Assembly: GCF_035084215.1 (NCBI RefSeq)
Contig: NC_090351.1
Span: 32,302,001 to 32,366,000, forward strand
DNA: 64,000 nt
Direction of reading: 5' to 3'
From: Heptranchias perlo
Taxonomy: Eukaryota
The position numbers and the translations under genes were made by a program. The notes under the pieces were generated by a model that saw nothing but the letters and a program-made list of their open reading frames with translations, made no database searches and was not told where the DNA came from. This document shows, piece by piece, positions 46,051 through 64,000 of this stretch; the stretch's first letter is position 1, and the number at the start of each line of letters is the position of its first letter.

Positions 46051-48933
46051 TTTATTCATCTATATTCTCATTGAAAGCTCACCCTGATTCCCATTTTCAT
46101 GTTGACTTAACCCGTCACCTGATTCCCCATTGCAGCAATTGACACCTGGCTGCCCAGTGTAATAGATGAAGTCATCACATCTTGGATGACCAAAAACAAA
46201 GATACACCGTTGACTGCTTGGCTGTGTGTTGGTGCTCAGCAGTGCTGTCCACTAAGTTACAACTGAAAGGCAATGAAAAATTAAATAAATGTCTTGTCAG
46301 GGTGGGCTTTTAAAGGAACAGTCTTAGATCACTAGTTCTGGATTGGAAATGAGAATGTTGATATAGTCTAATTATATCTCCTCTTTGATTGTGTAGCACT
46401 TTTACTCAGTTCTTTCTTGGTTTGGACATTCAGCTGTGATATATTATTGGTGCAGTGCTTCACTCCAGAGCCATACACATTTCTGTTGAAGGTGGATGAC
46501 CTCTGCAGTGAAACCTGATTTGATGTAAATGTGATCCTAACATCACACAGCTGGTTTTTCTATCCTTTGGAATCTCTTTATTAGTGTAGTTCCTAAAATT
46601 GCTCAATAAAATAGAATCATGAAATGCACACTCCTGGATTTCCTGTCTCTTTTTTCTTTCATGTCTTTGTGCGGGGAGGGCACCTCAATTCATTTTCACA
46701 TTTGCGTTGATCGATGCTGTGGCTAACTCATGGAAACAATTACAAAACACAGACAGGAATTTGCAGATCAGATGAGAAGTAGTTGTTGAATGATGTTCTC
46801 AGTAATTTGAACAGGTGGTCATGGAGTCCAGGTTTGGCTATCATTGAGGTATCGGTAAAATTCAGATACAAGTCACCATTGATTCAAGATGGCAAACCTG
46901 GTTTACATTTTGGATTGAAAGTTAGTGGACCCTGGCCTAGAACATCCAATGGAGCCATCAAGATTTCCCAAGTTTCTGAGAAACAGTTTGTGATGAAATT
47001 AAACATATAAACACAGAGGAGGTCAGCATCTAAAAGTTAAGTTTGTGTTTAAGATTACCTCCTTGAAGTGTTCACTGGAGATGTCTATATTACGATAACC
47101 TCCAACCCAATAATCCAATTATACTTATGGATTTCAACATCAACAAGATGGAAGCTCCGGACAGACTTAAAAAGGTTATAAACTAACAATTCACAGGGAA
47201 CTAAGGAAGTCAAGGGATGAGATTTGTGAAGTGCTGACAGTCATCATGAAATAGTTATAGGCAGATTCCATTGGATTGGAAACAAGCCGGTATCATATCC
47301 ATATTCAGTAAAGGTGAAGAATCTAATTTGGCAAATTGCAGATGTTCTCACATCAATAACAGGCCATGTATTGCAATCAGTTATCAGGAACAAATGAGAA
47401 TTAACTGTATAATAACCTAATAAATAAAAGCCAACTCTGTTTCAGTAAGGGAAGATCCTGTCAGGGTAACCTCACTGACCTTCCTTTTCACATGGCCTAT
47501 CTGGGCTCTTAGAAAGCTTTTGACTACTCTCCTCATGTTAGGCTGCTACATGTCTGAACACAATGGGAATTCAAGACAACAGCTTTGGAATGGACAAGAA
47601 ATTTGCTGAAAGATAGGAATCAGTAGATGTTTGCTGGTGGACTGATGTCAGAGTGGGAAGAAGTACTGATTGGAGTGCCCCAAAGATCGGTGCTGGGTCT
47701 CCTATTGTTTCTAATTTACATCGACCTGGAGATGCTCAGTACAACTCAATTGGCCAAGTTTACAGATGATAGTAAACTAGTGGAGGCAGCTGAGACTTTC
47801 CTCTTTTTACATTCGAACTATCTTGTGATGAACATCCCGTTAGTCTTTTTGATCAATTTTTGCACCATGGAGCAAGCTTTTAATAACTTTTGAATAAGTA
47901 CCTGGATCCCTAAACCTTTTTGATCCTTAACCCTTCCCCCAGTGCTGTCCTATTCAGATTACACTTCCATCTAACATTCTTATGTCCAAAGTACTGCCTC
48001 ATATGTTAATTTGCATCTGCCATTGTCCTAGACACTCAATTAATCTATTTATGTTCTTTTACAACTTTCTGCTCTCTTCATAATTTTATATAACTCCTAG
48101 ATTAGTATTATCTGCAAAGTTGGATAGAATCTCTTCTATTCCCTAACACATGTCATTTATATACAGTGTGAAAAGCTGGGGCCCAGCAATGATTCCTGAG
48201 CATGCACCTTGTCAAACGCTGCTTGAGAATAAAACATTGCATTTGAAATTTGGCATTGTTTGATTATTTTGTAACATTTTCAGATTGGCTGAGGTAGTTG
48301 AATCTCTTTCATTCATGATGATATGACAGTAAACACAAAAAATGTGAACAGGAACAGAGAAAGGGTTAAGTATAATAGGTTTATTAATGAGTTATAACAA
48401 GTAGCAAAGATGGTTAAAATACAATAGTATAATTAAGTATGCTGGTTAGATTGATACAACCTGGCTGATTATTCATGAAACAAGTACATCAGGGTGTGCA
48501 CCCGCCAGAGTACTAATCAATGGGGAGTCCAGCTGTGCCTCCAGAACATTCTGCCTCATTACCGAAAAACACCTCACTCATATATGTTTGAAAGACAAAC
48601 GACTCTGTATGTCTGAGCTTCCCATCAATCATCTCCTGTGTCTCAAAATGGAGGCAATCAGCCTTACTCCCATACTCCCAACATTCAGCACAGCAACACT
48701 CCTTTCTGGTTCCCCAGCACTAATCTTAACAACCTTCTGCATTCCTCCAATGATACCACCATTAAGGTGACCCAGGTGCTAGTTAACCAAAAGGGTGTTC
48801 TCTCTCAAGGTTGTGAGCAGCTTGTTTTGACACAAACAACAAGCCCTTTGTTCACAGCTGATTTAACATGTATTCTACATTAACATAAGATTTATAATAA
48901 TAATGTAGAAAGGTTGTGTAGTGCTTTTCTTAC

Positions 48934-49888
48934 ACTGCCCTTGACATCAAGGCAACATCCCAGCAAGTGTGGCACCAAGGAGCCCTAATAAAGCTGAAGT
49001 CCATGGGGATCAGGGGATAAACTCTCCAATGGCTGAAGTCATACCTGACAAAAGGAAGATGGCTGTGATTGTTGGAGGCCCATCTTCTCAGCCCCAAAAC
49101 ATTGCTGCATGAGTTCCTCACGGCAGCACCCTCGGCCCAACTATCTTCAGCAATGACCATTCCTCCTTCGTAAGGTCAGAAGTGGGCTGTTTGCTGATGA
49201 TTGTACAGTGTTCAGCTCCATTTGCAATTCCACAGATAATGAAGCAGTCCATGCCTGCATGCAGCAAGACCTCGACAACAACCAGGCTTGTACTGATAAG
49301 TGCCAAATAACATCCGTGCCACACAAGTGTCAGGCAATGACCATCTCCAACAAGAAGGAGCATAACTACCTCCCCTTGACATTCAATGGCATTACCATTG
49401 CTGAGCCCTCCAACATCACCATCTTGGAGGTCACCATTGACCAGAAACTCAAATGGACCAGCCACAAATAATGCCGTGCCCACGAGAGCAGATCAGAGGC
49501 TGGATACTCTGCAGTGAGTGGCTCATCTCCTGACTCTCAAAAATCTTTCTCCCACCCAATAGGCACAAGTCAAGATTGTGATGGAATACTCTCCAGTTGC
49601 CTTGACGGGTGCAGCTCCAACAATACACAAGAAGCTCGACACTTTCCAGGACAAAGTAGTCGCTTCATCCACCACCCACCCACTGGCTTAAACAAACACT
49701 CCCTCCACATCCGGCGTACTGTGGCTGCAGTGTGTCCTACCCACATGATGCACTGCAGCAAACTCGCCACGGTTTCTTCAGCAGCACCTCCCAAACCCGC
49801 GTCCTCCACCAACCAGATGCAGAAGGGCAGCAGGGGCATGGGAACATCATTACCTCCAAGTTCCCCTGCAAGTCACACCATCTTGACT
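48934..49888 (+). mobile_element. L2/CR1-group LINE fragment (paralogue of 30081-31035)
   Basis: Sequence homology. Confidence 0.88.
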
Positions 49889-49985
49889 TAAAGGAACTTC
49901 GTTCATTTAATGAGCAGCCTCCTACTGTTCCTTTAAGGCTGCTCTTTGTCGGTACGAATGGGTGGAGAACGTCCGGTGCACATTC

Positions 49986-50047
49986 ACCCATTTTTACATC
50001 AAAACTTCCTTCAGTTACCCATTTTTACCTCAAAACTTCCTTCAGTT
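49986..50047 (+). repeat. 31-bp direct tandem duplication
   Basis: acccatttttac(a/c)tcaaaacttccttcagtt twice; single copy at about 31134-31164. Confidence 0.85.
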
Positions 50048-51642
50048 ACCTGACATTAAACTTAAAACACGAATCAAATGTATTAAAGAAGCAAGCACAT
50101 TACCCAACAGTGATAATATAATTCTATATTTACAGCAGAAAGCCTATTATATAACTCCTCCAGTGAACAAAATTTTAAAAGTTGGAACTCGAAGAAACAT
50201 TTGAAAAAAAAATCTTTCAGATAAACAGTGATTCCTTTATTTCTGGAATATTTTTCTGACCGATTCCTTCTCTTCGAGATTTTCAAACTGACCCCCTCGA
50301 TTCAAACTGAATCGCTCCTTTTATATTCCAGAAAAGTTACTGCGACTTCTAGGACTTTGAATATCGGACTGCTCAAACTTAAATCGGAAATTATTACTCA
50401 TATACAAACCAAGCCAATCATACCACATTGTTTCAGTTAGAATTATTGCTCTCCAGCCTGAAAGTGAAAAAAATCTTTCAAAGCTGTATCGAAATGAGTT
50501 TGGTATATGAATTTGAGCTGCATTTGATATATTTTATAAATTGCTTAAGTACAATGACGGAATTTAAAAAGAACAGGCACAAACCGAAAAGTGGACAATA
50601 TTCCTCATTTTCGTTGCAACCTCCATCCCCTCCCAATATGTAATCAAGTGAAACTACCAGAATATCGACATAACCACAGTAACCTCGTCATTCAACTGTG
50701 GCCATTTGCCTTCCACAGATGGCGCTCCGCGGTTCCAGCAGTGGAAAATTAAATTACCGATCCTGCATTTTTAGTTAATAAGTGCAATTGAAAATAAGAG
50801 AGACACAGGCTGTGAGTTCCATGGTGAAATAGCAAGATCAGTGTTGCATTAAATTCAGGGATTTTCAGGAAATAAGCAACACAACTTATTTCATGAATGA
50901 AACTGTTTCTTTGCTCTATTATTTGGTTCTGAATTATTTTCATCTAGAGTTAAAGAATGTGCACTTTGTTTAGCAAATTAACTTTCATGGATCGGAATGG
51001 GCAAGGATTAGAGAATTTCAAACACCTTAAAAAGATAATTTATTCACTATAATATCACATATAATTGAGATATATTGGATGATGTTAAATTACATCTTCA
51101 GTGAATAACTTTGGACAGATTTAAGTAAATACAAACCTAACAAGACATGTGTAAGAGTACAGGTTGTATGTACCTAATGATCAATACACGGAGTGCACGT
51201 ATTCTGTATAATGTGAGTCAGTGCAGATTTCATATAGTACATGAATAATGATCTCACCATCTGGTGGAGAAGGTCGGTAGTAACAATATTTTGATCAAAT
51301 TCAATCAAATATAAATTTCATAGGACAGCCTTCCATCTTCAACGAGCTGCATTAATGAGTAAAAGACTATTTTCCTTCAAAGCTGTAACATTCACAGCGT
51401 GCAGGAAGGGCTCTCTGGAAAAAAATCATTTGAACCGCTTGATTCCTCACTAGTTTGCTCTCAAGTGCCCTGGTTCAGGTGCCTTATTACTTAATGTGTA
51501 GCAAATGGCAGTGCTACATTGGAATTTCCCTTCAGAGTCTCTGATTTAGTCCTTTGTCTTTTTCTTTTGGAGTTCAGGAGTCCATGTGCACATTCAAACA
51601 ATTGCCTTTGAAAGGGAAGCAGCCAGTTAAAGGGAAGCGTCA

Positions 51643-52643
51643 CTCTTCTGGGAGAATGGCTGAAGCAGTCGCAGCTGGAAACTATCGCAGATTCTTGGAT
51701 TCAAGTCCAGGGGTCCTTTTATCAGAAGCCTCAGCCAAAAGAGCGCGATTTTGGGCCTTGAGGGCAGGAACTCCCATGAAAGGTTGGTGCAGTGTGTCTG
51801 GAGGGAGGAGGCAGAAGCAGTCAGTGCGACCTCCACCACCCCAAGAAATGTCACACAATCCTGGAAGAGGTTCAATGATGGATCAAGGGTAGCTAAGGTA
51901 AGTCTAGACACTCTTGCCACTGCACATCTTCTACCACTCAGGAAGCTTTCCTTCATCTCCTTACCTCTCATATTCACTTTCTCTCTGCATCGATGTGTCA
52001 AGAGAACTCACAACTGCAAAGGGCAACCCCTACAAACACTCCAACACCTTCATTACTCAAAAACTCTCTGCCAACTCATATTGCCTGCCACATGTGCTAC
52101 AGCTGGTCTTCAAGGACAGCTGATTTAAAGGGACCTTCACATTTCATCATCTTAGGACGCATGCACCTCTGCTACTCATATGCCCGTAACATTGTTTTCT
52201 CTTCTTCCAAAGGAAATGGTTCATACAGGGCATGTGGTGACAGGGCTGTGCCATGAGATTCAGAGGCACAAATGACAACATGGGTACAATCAATAACCTC
52301 CTCAATCCTGGGAATGCCAACAGATCTGTAGAATTCTCTTGCCATAACACTTAGCTGCGGTTGGTCAACAGTGAACTTGATGGTCATAGCTGAATAATGT
52401 ATCGAAGAGGTTACAGATGCATCTGTGGTTAGCAATGTGGCTGACACGATAGGTATCCCTAGTGCTAGCCTATAAGGAACCCAATCTGTAAGTGCTTACA
52501 CAATCACAGTGCTACGTTGATCTGCAATGTTGTCTGGAGGTTATCCTGAAGTGGATGGCATAGCTCCATCATTGCCTCCCTGCTCAGCTGCAGTCTCTTT
52601 TGACACATCTCTTCTATAATTCCAAAATAGCTGTGCCTCATAT
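51643..52643. mobile_element. PIF/Harbinger remnant (duplicate of 32760-33760)
   Basis: Offset +18883. Confidence 0.75.
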
Positions 52644-54452
52644 GGTAGACTTGGTATATTGTATTGGTGGAACATGACAGTTCGTCTTACATGCCACCTA
52701 ACAAAACGGTAACCTTATGCATGCCCCAGTATTAACAATCTACCAGTCTATTGCTGGGTATAGAATGGAAATAGTACAGGATGCACACCATATGCCCCTG
52801 ACCTGTCTGATCGGTAGAATAACACCTTTCTAACAAATCATATATTTCAGGTTAAATTACAAAACACATTTCTTCTAAGATATAAATTTGTACAGAATTA
52901 TAGAAAAACTTCATTAATCATGGGGCTATCAATGTCGTTACTGAGTTATTTATATTTTGTGTATTCAATGCGTCATCCATTGCACCTGAATATTTTGTAA
53001 TGTCCAAAAATGAAGTGATTGCTCAATGAATTAACCAGCGTAAAATACACTTGCTAGTTCTTGCTGTCAAAAATTGTCCAATAGAAGATCTCTCAGAATT
53101 CAGAGCTCTCCAGAAGAACTGATAAGAGCTGCACTGTTAAATTCATTGGCACAACTTTTTTAAATGTTATAATTCTTCTGTAAGAAAAAATAAAGGCAAA
53201 CATTGAATACAATTTCCCACATTTTCTTTACTTTTGTTAACACTTCGCCATGTTCAATTCATCAATGAAAATGATTGGTGATCGTTTCTTTCCTTCTCAA
53301 ATCCCTGAAAGACGTTACATTAAAAGCCGGCAACGGTAAGATTTCCAACTACTCATGTGTCAGCCTTGGCTTAGTAGCAACACTCTTGTCTCTAAATCAT
53401 AAAATTGTGGGATCAAGCCCCACTCCAAAGACTTGAGCATATAATCTAGGCTAACACTCCAGTTCAGTACTGAAGGAATGCTGCACTGTCGGAGGTACTG
53501 TCTTTTGGTTGAAATGTTAAACAGAGACTTCTCTGCCTTCTCAGGTGGATGTAAAGATCCCATATCACTATCTGAGGAAGAGCAGGGCAGTTCTCCTGGT
53601 AACCTGGCCAGCATTCCTCTGTCAAGCAACACCACTGAAGCACATTACTTGGTCACTTATTTCATTGCTGTTTGTGGGACCTTGCTGTGTGCAAACTGGC
53701 TGCTATGTGTCCCTGCATTATAACAGTGACTACACTTCAAAACTATTTCAGTTACTGCAAAGCACTTGTGCGACATCCTGAGGTTGTGAAAGGGGCTATA
53801 TAAATGCAAGTTATTTACTTCTTTACACTTACACAAATTACACATTTCTCAAGTAAATTTCGCCAAAATTTAGTGCACGAATAAATTAACATTCCTCAAT
53901 GGAAAATGTCAATGCAAATGTTTGCAGGATTTTTTGACATCAAAAACTGTTTTCTTGTGAAAGCTTTAACTTGAAGTCATGAGCGATTAATAGCAAAATG
54001 CTGAACAAGAAGAGTAATTGTTAAATCAAAGGTTCTAACCAATTAAAAGAAAAAAAAATTAACCATTAACAGTATTTCTAAATTACATGGGAAAATTAAT
54101 ACTGAGGATTGTACTGTGTAAGTGTGGCATAATTTAATGACTCCTTCATGTGCACAGAGAGTCAGACCTATAAATTGGTTGGCTGTAAATCGCAAAATTG
54201 CATGAGCCAGCAGCTCTTAGAGGGCTGCTGTTATGCCCTTGAAGGAGAGTTGTCTCAAATTGTTCAGCTGAAGAGAGCAACCAATTTGAAAGCATCATGT
54301 GTGCAATGAGGACTGCACCAGAGACTCCTGCCTTCAAATACAACTCCTTGGAAGTGATAGTTGGCAGCATGTGGAGTGCGATAGTTTGAGAATTTCTGCT
54401 GGAAATTTTAGCATACATACGCTGATTTTGAACTAACACTGTGAGGACTTGC

Positions 54453-55753
54453 AACTGGGAATTTGGTGAGTATGGGAATTCACTGGTAGGTGTGTTTTAT
54501 TTTTTTATCAAACTGAAATTTAACTGAGATTAAACTTAGTTGACTAATTTTAAAAAGCTGCAAGTCAGTGGCAGTTAATAGTTAGCAGACAATCAGCTGT
54601 AAGTAGGTTCCTGACTAGGTATTAATAATTTTGGGTGGAAGTTGACTCACCAATTGTAACTAGGATGTGTCAGAATGGTTATATAGTACAAGGAGCTTTG
54701 CAAAAGCACAGAGCTTGGTAAAGACAGAAAGTGAACCATTCACGGGTGAATTGCTAACAGAGTGAGGACTTTCAATGGGAATTTAGTGAGCGTGGGAAGG
54801 AGGTGCAGAGGGGGAAGGAAGCGCAAAGTGATTTAAACCAAGGGACTATAAACTAATCTATCAACATTTAAAACTCAAATAAAAAGTACATAAAATTTTG
54901 AAAAATTAATTACTAATTTTTTTGATATTAAAGCTAAATCCATTTACCAAATATGATCTAGATCTCAAGTGATTCTATTACTCCTAGATATGAACTACTG
55001 ATTAAATAAATAAAAACTAGAGATGGCAGTACAGGGTGTGTGTTGGAATTGTAGTATGTGGGAGTTTGTGGACAGCAAGACCATCCCGGATTACCACATC
55101 TACAGTAAAGATTGATGAGGGCAATGCGGTTGATGTGATGCATGTGGACTTGCAAAAGGTGTTTGATAAAGTGCTGCATAATAGGCTCGTCATCAAGATT
55201 GAAGCCCATGGAATAAAAGGGCAGTAGCAGCATGGATACAAAATTGGCTAAGAAACAGGAAGCTGAGAGAAGTGGTGAACGGTTGTTTTTCGGACTGGAG
55301 GGAGGTGTACAGTGGTGTTCCCCAGGGGTCGGTACTAGGATCACTGCTTTTCTTGATATATATTAATGACTTGGACTTGGGTGTACAGGGCACAATTTCC
55401 AAATTTGCAGATGACACAAAACTCGGAAGTGTAGTGAACAGTGAGGAGGATACTGATAGACTTCAAGAGGATATAGACAAGCTGATGCAATGGACGGACA
55501 CGTAGCTGATGAAATTTAATGCAGAAAAATGCAAAGTGATAAATTTCGGTAGAAAGAATGAGGAATGGCAATATAAACTACAGGGCACAATTCTAAAAGG
55601 GGTACAGGAACAGAGAGATCTAGGGGTATATGTGCACAAATCATTGAAAGTGGCAGGGCAGGTTGAGAAAGCTATTAAAAAAGCATACGGGATCCTGGGC
55701 TTTATAAATAGTGTACAAAAGCATGGAAGTCATGATGAACCTTTATAAATCGC
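54453..55753 (+). mobile_element. Internally deleted CR1 LINE (duplicate of 35570-36870)
   Basis: Offset +18883. Confidence 0.75.
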
Positions 55754-57348
55754 TGAGCTAGTCTGACCCATTTCTCTGCCCTTGTTGGGTCAGCTAAATT
55801 AATAGATTATGCATTAGAGCAAGAAATAGTAAGTTAAATATTACCCATTGCAGAAAGGGCAACAGGTTATCAAACAAAGAAAGAGTTGATAGTCCTGTGT
55901 AAAGAAGGCAGTCATTCCTCCTTAATGGAAAAAAACGGCTAGAGTTTCTTGGGCAACAAAATAATACAAGGTGACTAACGGCAACTTAAGTGGATGGCAT
56001 ATCTTACAAGAACCGACAGGAAAACAGGGGACATTTGACTGTGTTACATCTGTTCATTTACCTCAGCAGAACATGATGGGAGTTACCCAGAGATCTCCAG
56101 TATGGCTTTATGCGCAATGTACACATTTCCTCTTTTGTCTCCAAAAAAGTGCAGACATATGTTGAGGTTCTCATTTATTGGCAGCTGCTGAATTCACCCA
56201 CGTTCCCATTCTTGACTTGAGCTGTTACAGTGAGTGCAAGTGGGCTGTTGGGCATAGGGGCGATCACAGCAGAGCCTAATCCTCTCATTATCCAATGTCC
56301 ATGGATGCAACCTTCCAACAGAGTCCATTGGATAACAATCAGGAGTGGGAATCTTGGTGTTGTCCCTTTCACGGGCTGGAAAATGCTGGAATCAATTGCA
56401 TTACTGCGATTAAAATCAGCTAACACACAAATGTCGACACTGTTGTTTTGTAGGCATTATAGCAAAGTCCCACAAACATCAATGAAATGAATGACCAGTT
56501 AATCTATTTTGTTCCTGTTGGCTGAGGGATGAATGTTGGGTAGGACACTGGGAGAATTACTACTCTTTTTTGAAAAAGTCCACCTGAACAGTAGAAGGGT
56601 CCAGGGTTTAATATCTCATCTGAAAGGCAACACCTCTGACAATGCAGCATTCCCTCAATGCATCATTGAAGTGCAATCCTAGATTATGTGCTCGAGTCCT
56701 GGACTGGAGCTTAAAGCTTTATGAACCGGTGGTGTGATTTTTACCACTAAGCCAATATCTACGCTTGACATAAGAGCATATTTCAAATGCACAAAATATC
56801 CTTTTGACATATCTAATTGAGCAGTGCATCGCTCTTGCAGCTAATGGTGTCAATTGAACCCCCTCAATTAAAGTAAAACCAAGTAGCGCACTCCTGGGCA
56901 TTCAGTAACGGATATGTTTCAACATCCGCGTGGCTAAACAGCTAAATGTTATATCCAGCAGTGAAGCAGTTAATTTATCTTGTGATGTACACGTGGCAAT
57001 ACTATTTTGTGGTTTTGATAAGACTGTTTTTAACCCAATTTGCAAATATATTTATGATTGCTTTATCAGTTATAAGGCTAATCTTTAATAATACAACACT
57101 TAACATGGTTTATTTTAATACAACTTATATTAATTAAGTGCCTCTTAAGTTGAAGAGTGTCCTTAATAAAAGGGATTGTGTTTGAGATAAACTAACCATG
57201 AGTACATTAATATTTACTTCTCATGTTGAATGATCTTATCTGGGTCCTCGTCACAATGGAATAGGTTGGTCTGAGCGAGTATAAATGTTGCTGCATAGAC
57301 CCCAAACTTTAAGTTCCGAAGAGTGTCTGAACCAATTCAACGGACAAG

Positions 57349-63427
<6,079 letters not shown>

Positions 63428-64000
63428 GTAGAGATGCCATGTTACAGTATCTGGTGCAGTGAAGGATTGTCTGAGAGTGCATCAATGATTGTTTCACACT
63501 GTAGCCTGTCGCAGACAATTTCAGAATTTAAGTACTTACAAAGTGGAAATTGATATATTTTAATAATATTGCAATTTCTCATATATAATTGGCTCTTCAA
63601 AAATTCCCTCAGCCTCTTTGGGGGTATTAAATTACATTCCATACAAATGAGGCAACAATCACTGTAGCACAGATGTACGGCCCCAGAAATGCTTGGAGTT
63701 GCATCACCATTTGTTGCAAGTGCAAGGTAAAGAATCTTTACATATTTGAGTCTATTCACTCAAGGACAAAAAATAGTGCTGGAATAGGCCACAGTGTCAA
63801 CACAAGAAATCCACAACCTACAATCCTATTATTGCTTTAACATTTAGATGAGCTCTAATATTTAGAAAGGTTTAGTGTGTTGTTGCTTAATTTATCTTAA
63901 ATATATTCTGGTAACTGGCAATGTTCCTCGATAACAATTTTCTTTCAGCTTGCTTGTTTTTTCCAATTTCACCTCACATTAATTCCAATAGTGATTAACT

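Overview
Eukaryotic (vertebrate) DNA, most likely a shark or other cartilaginous fish, inferred from its CR1/L2 LINE and Deu-domain SINE repertoire. The window is a cluster of intron-containing pepsinogen (pepsin A-like, family A1 aspartic protease) genes that the ORF track mostly misses. It holds: (i) exons 1-3 of a leftward (- strand) paralogue running off the window start; (ii) orphan pepsinogen exons, with intact exons 5-6 on - and decayed exons 8-9 on +; (iii) three rightward tandem copies: 18954-27194 (9 exons, 388 aa), 38466-46050 (9 exons, 386 aa) and 57349->64000 (exons 1-7 visible). Copies 2 and 3 lie in an 18,883-bp near-identical tandem duplication with an apparent unequal-crossover junction near 50.6 kb. 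Less obvious items are a 213-bp intronic insertion forming a perfect 73-bp hairpin that contains minimal hammerhead-ribozyme cores (Penelope-like), two extra cysteines found together in the rightward pepsinogens, a tRNA-Lys(CTT) relic split by a LINE, and convergent two-gene Harbinger remnants. All comparisons were made by eye; repeat boundaries are approximate.
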